Shown here in pieces: positions 61,155-64,000 of a stretch of 64,000 nucleotides of DNA. The notes beneath the pieces are model-generated. The model was not told where the DNA came from, did no database searches, and worked only from the letters and a program-made list of their open reading frames with translations. The stretch's first letter is position 1. Every line of letters begins with the position of its first letter. Both the position numbers and the translations under genes were made by a program. The stretch is from Carcharhinus amblyrhynchos (Eukaryota): contig OZ336885.1 of the NCBI GenBank assembly GCA_965287045.1, forward strand, positions 63,550,001 to 63,614,000, in the 5' to 3' direction.

Positions 61155-63680
61155 TGAATCACAGGACCTATAGAACAGAGACAGTTTATTCGGTTCAAGT
61201 TGGCACATGCCAACCAAAAAGTACATCTACGCTAAACTCAGTTGCCTTCATTTGGCCCATATCCTTCTAAACCTCACTTTTCCATGTATATGTCTAAATC
61301 CCTTTTAAATGTTGTCAATGTCCCTGCCCCGATTTCCTGTGGCAGCTCATTGCACACACGTGCCACTATTTGCGTAAAATATTTGCACTTCAGTTTACCT
61401 TCTAAAATTACACCTCTGGCCCCTAATTGATGATTATTCCATCCTAGGAAAATATTGAATGCATTCACCTCATTCATGCTTTTCATGATCTTGCAAAATG
61501 CCTACCCTGTCCAATTTCTCCCTGTAACATAATCGCTTCAATCCTTGTAACGTATTGGGAAATCACGTTCGCAGTCTCTCCATGTTTATAGTATGTTTCC
61601 TATTGCAAGTCAACCAAAACTGAAAAAAAAAGAAATACTCCAGGTGCGGTCTCACCACAATCCAATACATCTGTAACCTAATTGCCCAACTTGTATGCTC
61701 AATACTTTTACTGAAGACCAGCAAACTTCATTGTCCTATCTACCTGAAACTCCACCTTTAGAGAACTGTACACCTGAGTTCCAACACACGGCTGATCCAC
61801 AATACTCCCTCAGGGCCTGACATTCACTGTGAAAGTTCTACCTAATTTTAATTTACAAAATGCAACTTCCCACACTTAACTTTATTGCTATACATTAGCT
61901 GTGTTTCGGTTCACTTCCCCAGCTGAACGATATTTTGGTAAGATATTTGATAACACACCGTACTTTCTTACGTACCACCTCGATTTATGTCATCTGCAAA
62001 CGTATTGTTTATGCCCTGTACATTTCCATCCAAATCGTTGACACAGATAACAAACTGCAATGGACGCAGCCCTGACCCCTGTGGCACACGCCGAGTCACA
62101 GGCCACCAGTCGGACAAGCATCCTTCCACCATAACATTCAGCGTCCGACTATCAATCAATTGGGATGGATAGGATAGAGGTGGGGAGACTCTTCCCGCTC
62201 AAAAAAGACAGTAGGACTAGGGGGCAAAGCCTCAAGATAAAGGGGGGGGGGCGGTTTAGAACGGAGTTGAGGAGGAACTTCTTCACTCAAAGGGTGGTGA
62301 ATCTCTGGAATTCTCTGCCCGTTGAAGTGGTGGAGGCTGCCTCGCTAAATATTTTTAAGACGCGGGTTGATGGATTTTTGATAAGAGAGGGGATTAAGGG
62401 CTATGGGGAGAGGGCGGGAAAGTGGAACTGAGCCACGACAGATCAGCCATGATCTTATTGAATGGCGGGGCAGGCTCGAAGGGCTAGATGGCCTACTCCT
62501 GCTCCTATTTCTTATGTTCTTATTTATTAGTTCTCCAAAGATTTCATGTGATCCGATCTTCTGGAGTAGCCACCATGTAGGACTATATCTAAAGTCTGTA
62601 TAGACTTTGTCTACCGCCTTTCCCTCATCAACATATTTGTTAACTGTAACAAAGTCCGAGTCGAATCCTGTCTTTGCAAATGCCTGTACCCCTTACCCCT
62701 CAGAATCCTCTCTAATTACTTACCCACCACATTGTTAGGCTTACCAGTCAATAATTCCCAGGTTTGTCTTTGCAGGCCATCTGAAATAAAGGCGCAACAT
62801 GCGCTACCTCACTTTTTCTGGATTCTCATCCATGGCTAATGATGATTCAAATATCTTAGTCAGGTCCCAGTCAATTTATTTTCTAGCCTCATGCAGTGTT
62901 CCTGGGCGGGAGCAGAAGATTCATCCAACTTCATATATGTTGATACGCCCATCATTTTCTCTATTTTACTGTGAGCTGCCCCGAATATATCATCACTAAC
63001 TTTTCCAGGTGTCAATGTCGTCATGTATTTTTTCATGATGAACACAGTGGAGAGACATTTATTGAAAACCTCTCCTGCCTGCTGCTGCTAAGCATATGTG
63101 TAAGCTCTGGTCTTTGAGGGATCCGATTGCAACTCGAGTTATTTTACTTTTCCCCTATTCTACTTAAATTAGCCTTTTGATTCACCATAAATGTCTCAGC
63201 CAATGTTAAATCGTGCCCCCTGCTGTCCTTCCAAAATCCTTATTGAGAGCATTCCTATGTCTTCTCTCCTTCACCAGGGAACATCCCATGATTCCAGCTT
63301 TTGCTTCCCCAGCCATAACACCTTATTTTTTGTTCCTGTTCGAAGCCTCATTATGTTGTCATCCATGGTTCCCTACTCCTGCGAGCATTGCACTTCAAGC
63401 GAAAATGAACATATGGACCTTGAACTCTTGATTTTTCACTGTTTAAGAACTCCTCCTTTTGCCGTCAATCAGGCTACTTCAGGCAACTTTTCCAAATTTC
63501 TGCATAATTTAGTTACATTTCATCTTGCCCTAATTTAGATTTGCACCAGTTTACCAGTTTTGACCCTTCCGCTAACAACTTTAAAATTAGTGGGACTATG
63601 GTCATTGGTCTCAACGTTGTCCCCCAACATCAATTCAGTCACACAGCCTGCCCTATTCCTCAAAAATAAGTCATGATTTG
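61155..63680 (-). mobile_element. old degenerate CR1 LINE interrupted by a young CR1
   Basis: YFTQIVARVCNELP, WPVTRRVPQGSGLRPLQF...FADD; continues after 62522. Confidence 0.85.
62162..62522 (+). mobile_element. young CR1 LINE 3' end (copy 5) nested antisense in the old CR1
   Basis: MDRIEVGRLFPL...RRNFFTQRVVNLWNSLP; tail ttcttatgttctta. Confidence 0.96.
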
Positions 63681-64000
63681 CTCTTTCACAACAGGGTTCT
63701 AATGATAATTAAGAAATAAACCTGAGATTATTTGGATGACAAACTCCTGAAATTGTTCTCAGTTTCTTAAGTTGCAGAAGTGATTACCTCTGAAAGAAAA
63801 CAGTTCAATGTTTGGAAACAGTTCGCAAAATCGTGCAGAAACACCCATCGTTTTCTCAGATGTTGATGCTCTGACTCAAAGAGAAACATGGTAAGAAATC
63901 TGTTGCAAAGAAAGTCGGTTGACCATGGGGGAAAATTATTTGAACCAAATACTGGTGCACAATGTTCGCAAAGGGATAAAATCTCGTTCAGCAAAACCCT

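Noticed and set aside
1-64000. Ig/TCR V, D or J segments with RSS, octamer promoters, tRNA genes, CRISPR arrays
   Set aside because: No heptamer-spacer-nonamer with an FGxG/WGxG segment was found; cacagtg hits and tRNA-like boxes mostly belong to SINE or Penelope repeats; the DNA is eukaryotic with no repeat-spacer array.

Overview
AT-rich vertebrate genomic DNA, almost certainly from a shark. The evidence is HE1/V-SINEs, CR1/HER1-type LINEs and a shark-type Penelope tail, all recognised from memory of the consensus rather than by search. None of the supplied long ORFs is a host gene: they are LINE reverse-transcriptase remnants or chance ORFs. Reading the minus strand for splice sites shows that nearly the whole window lies inside one gene made of about 20 tiny exons, nearly all exactly 27 or 36 nt and all phase 1-1. 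They join in frame without stops into a K/E/L-rich, coiled-coil-like peptide of about 195 aa. The exons form two tandem copies of a 10-exon unit (about 96 aa), and paralogous exons are recognisable at the protein level while their introns are not. The gene's start and end lie outside the window and I cannot name it. The introns hold five young 5'-truncated CR1 copies, older CR1/Rex1/L2-like remnants, several SINEs, microsatellites, a 191-N gap and a ~1 kb inverted Penelope element with hammerhead-ribozyme cores.
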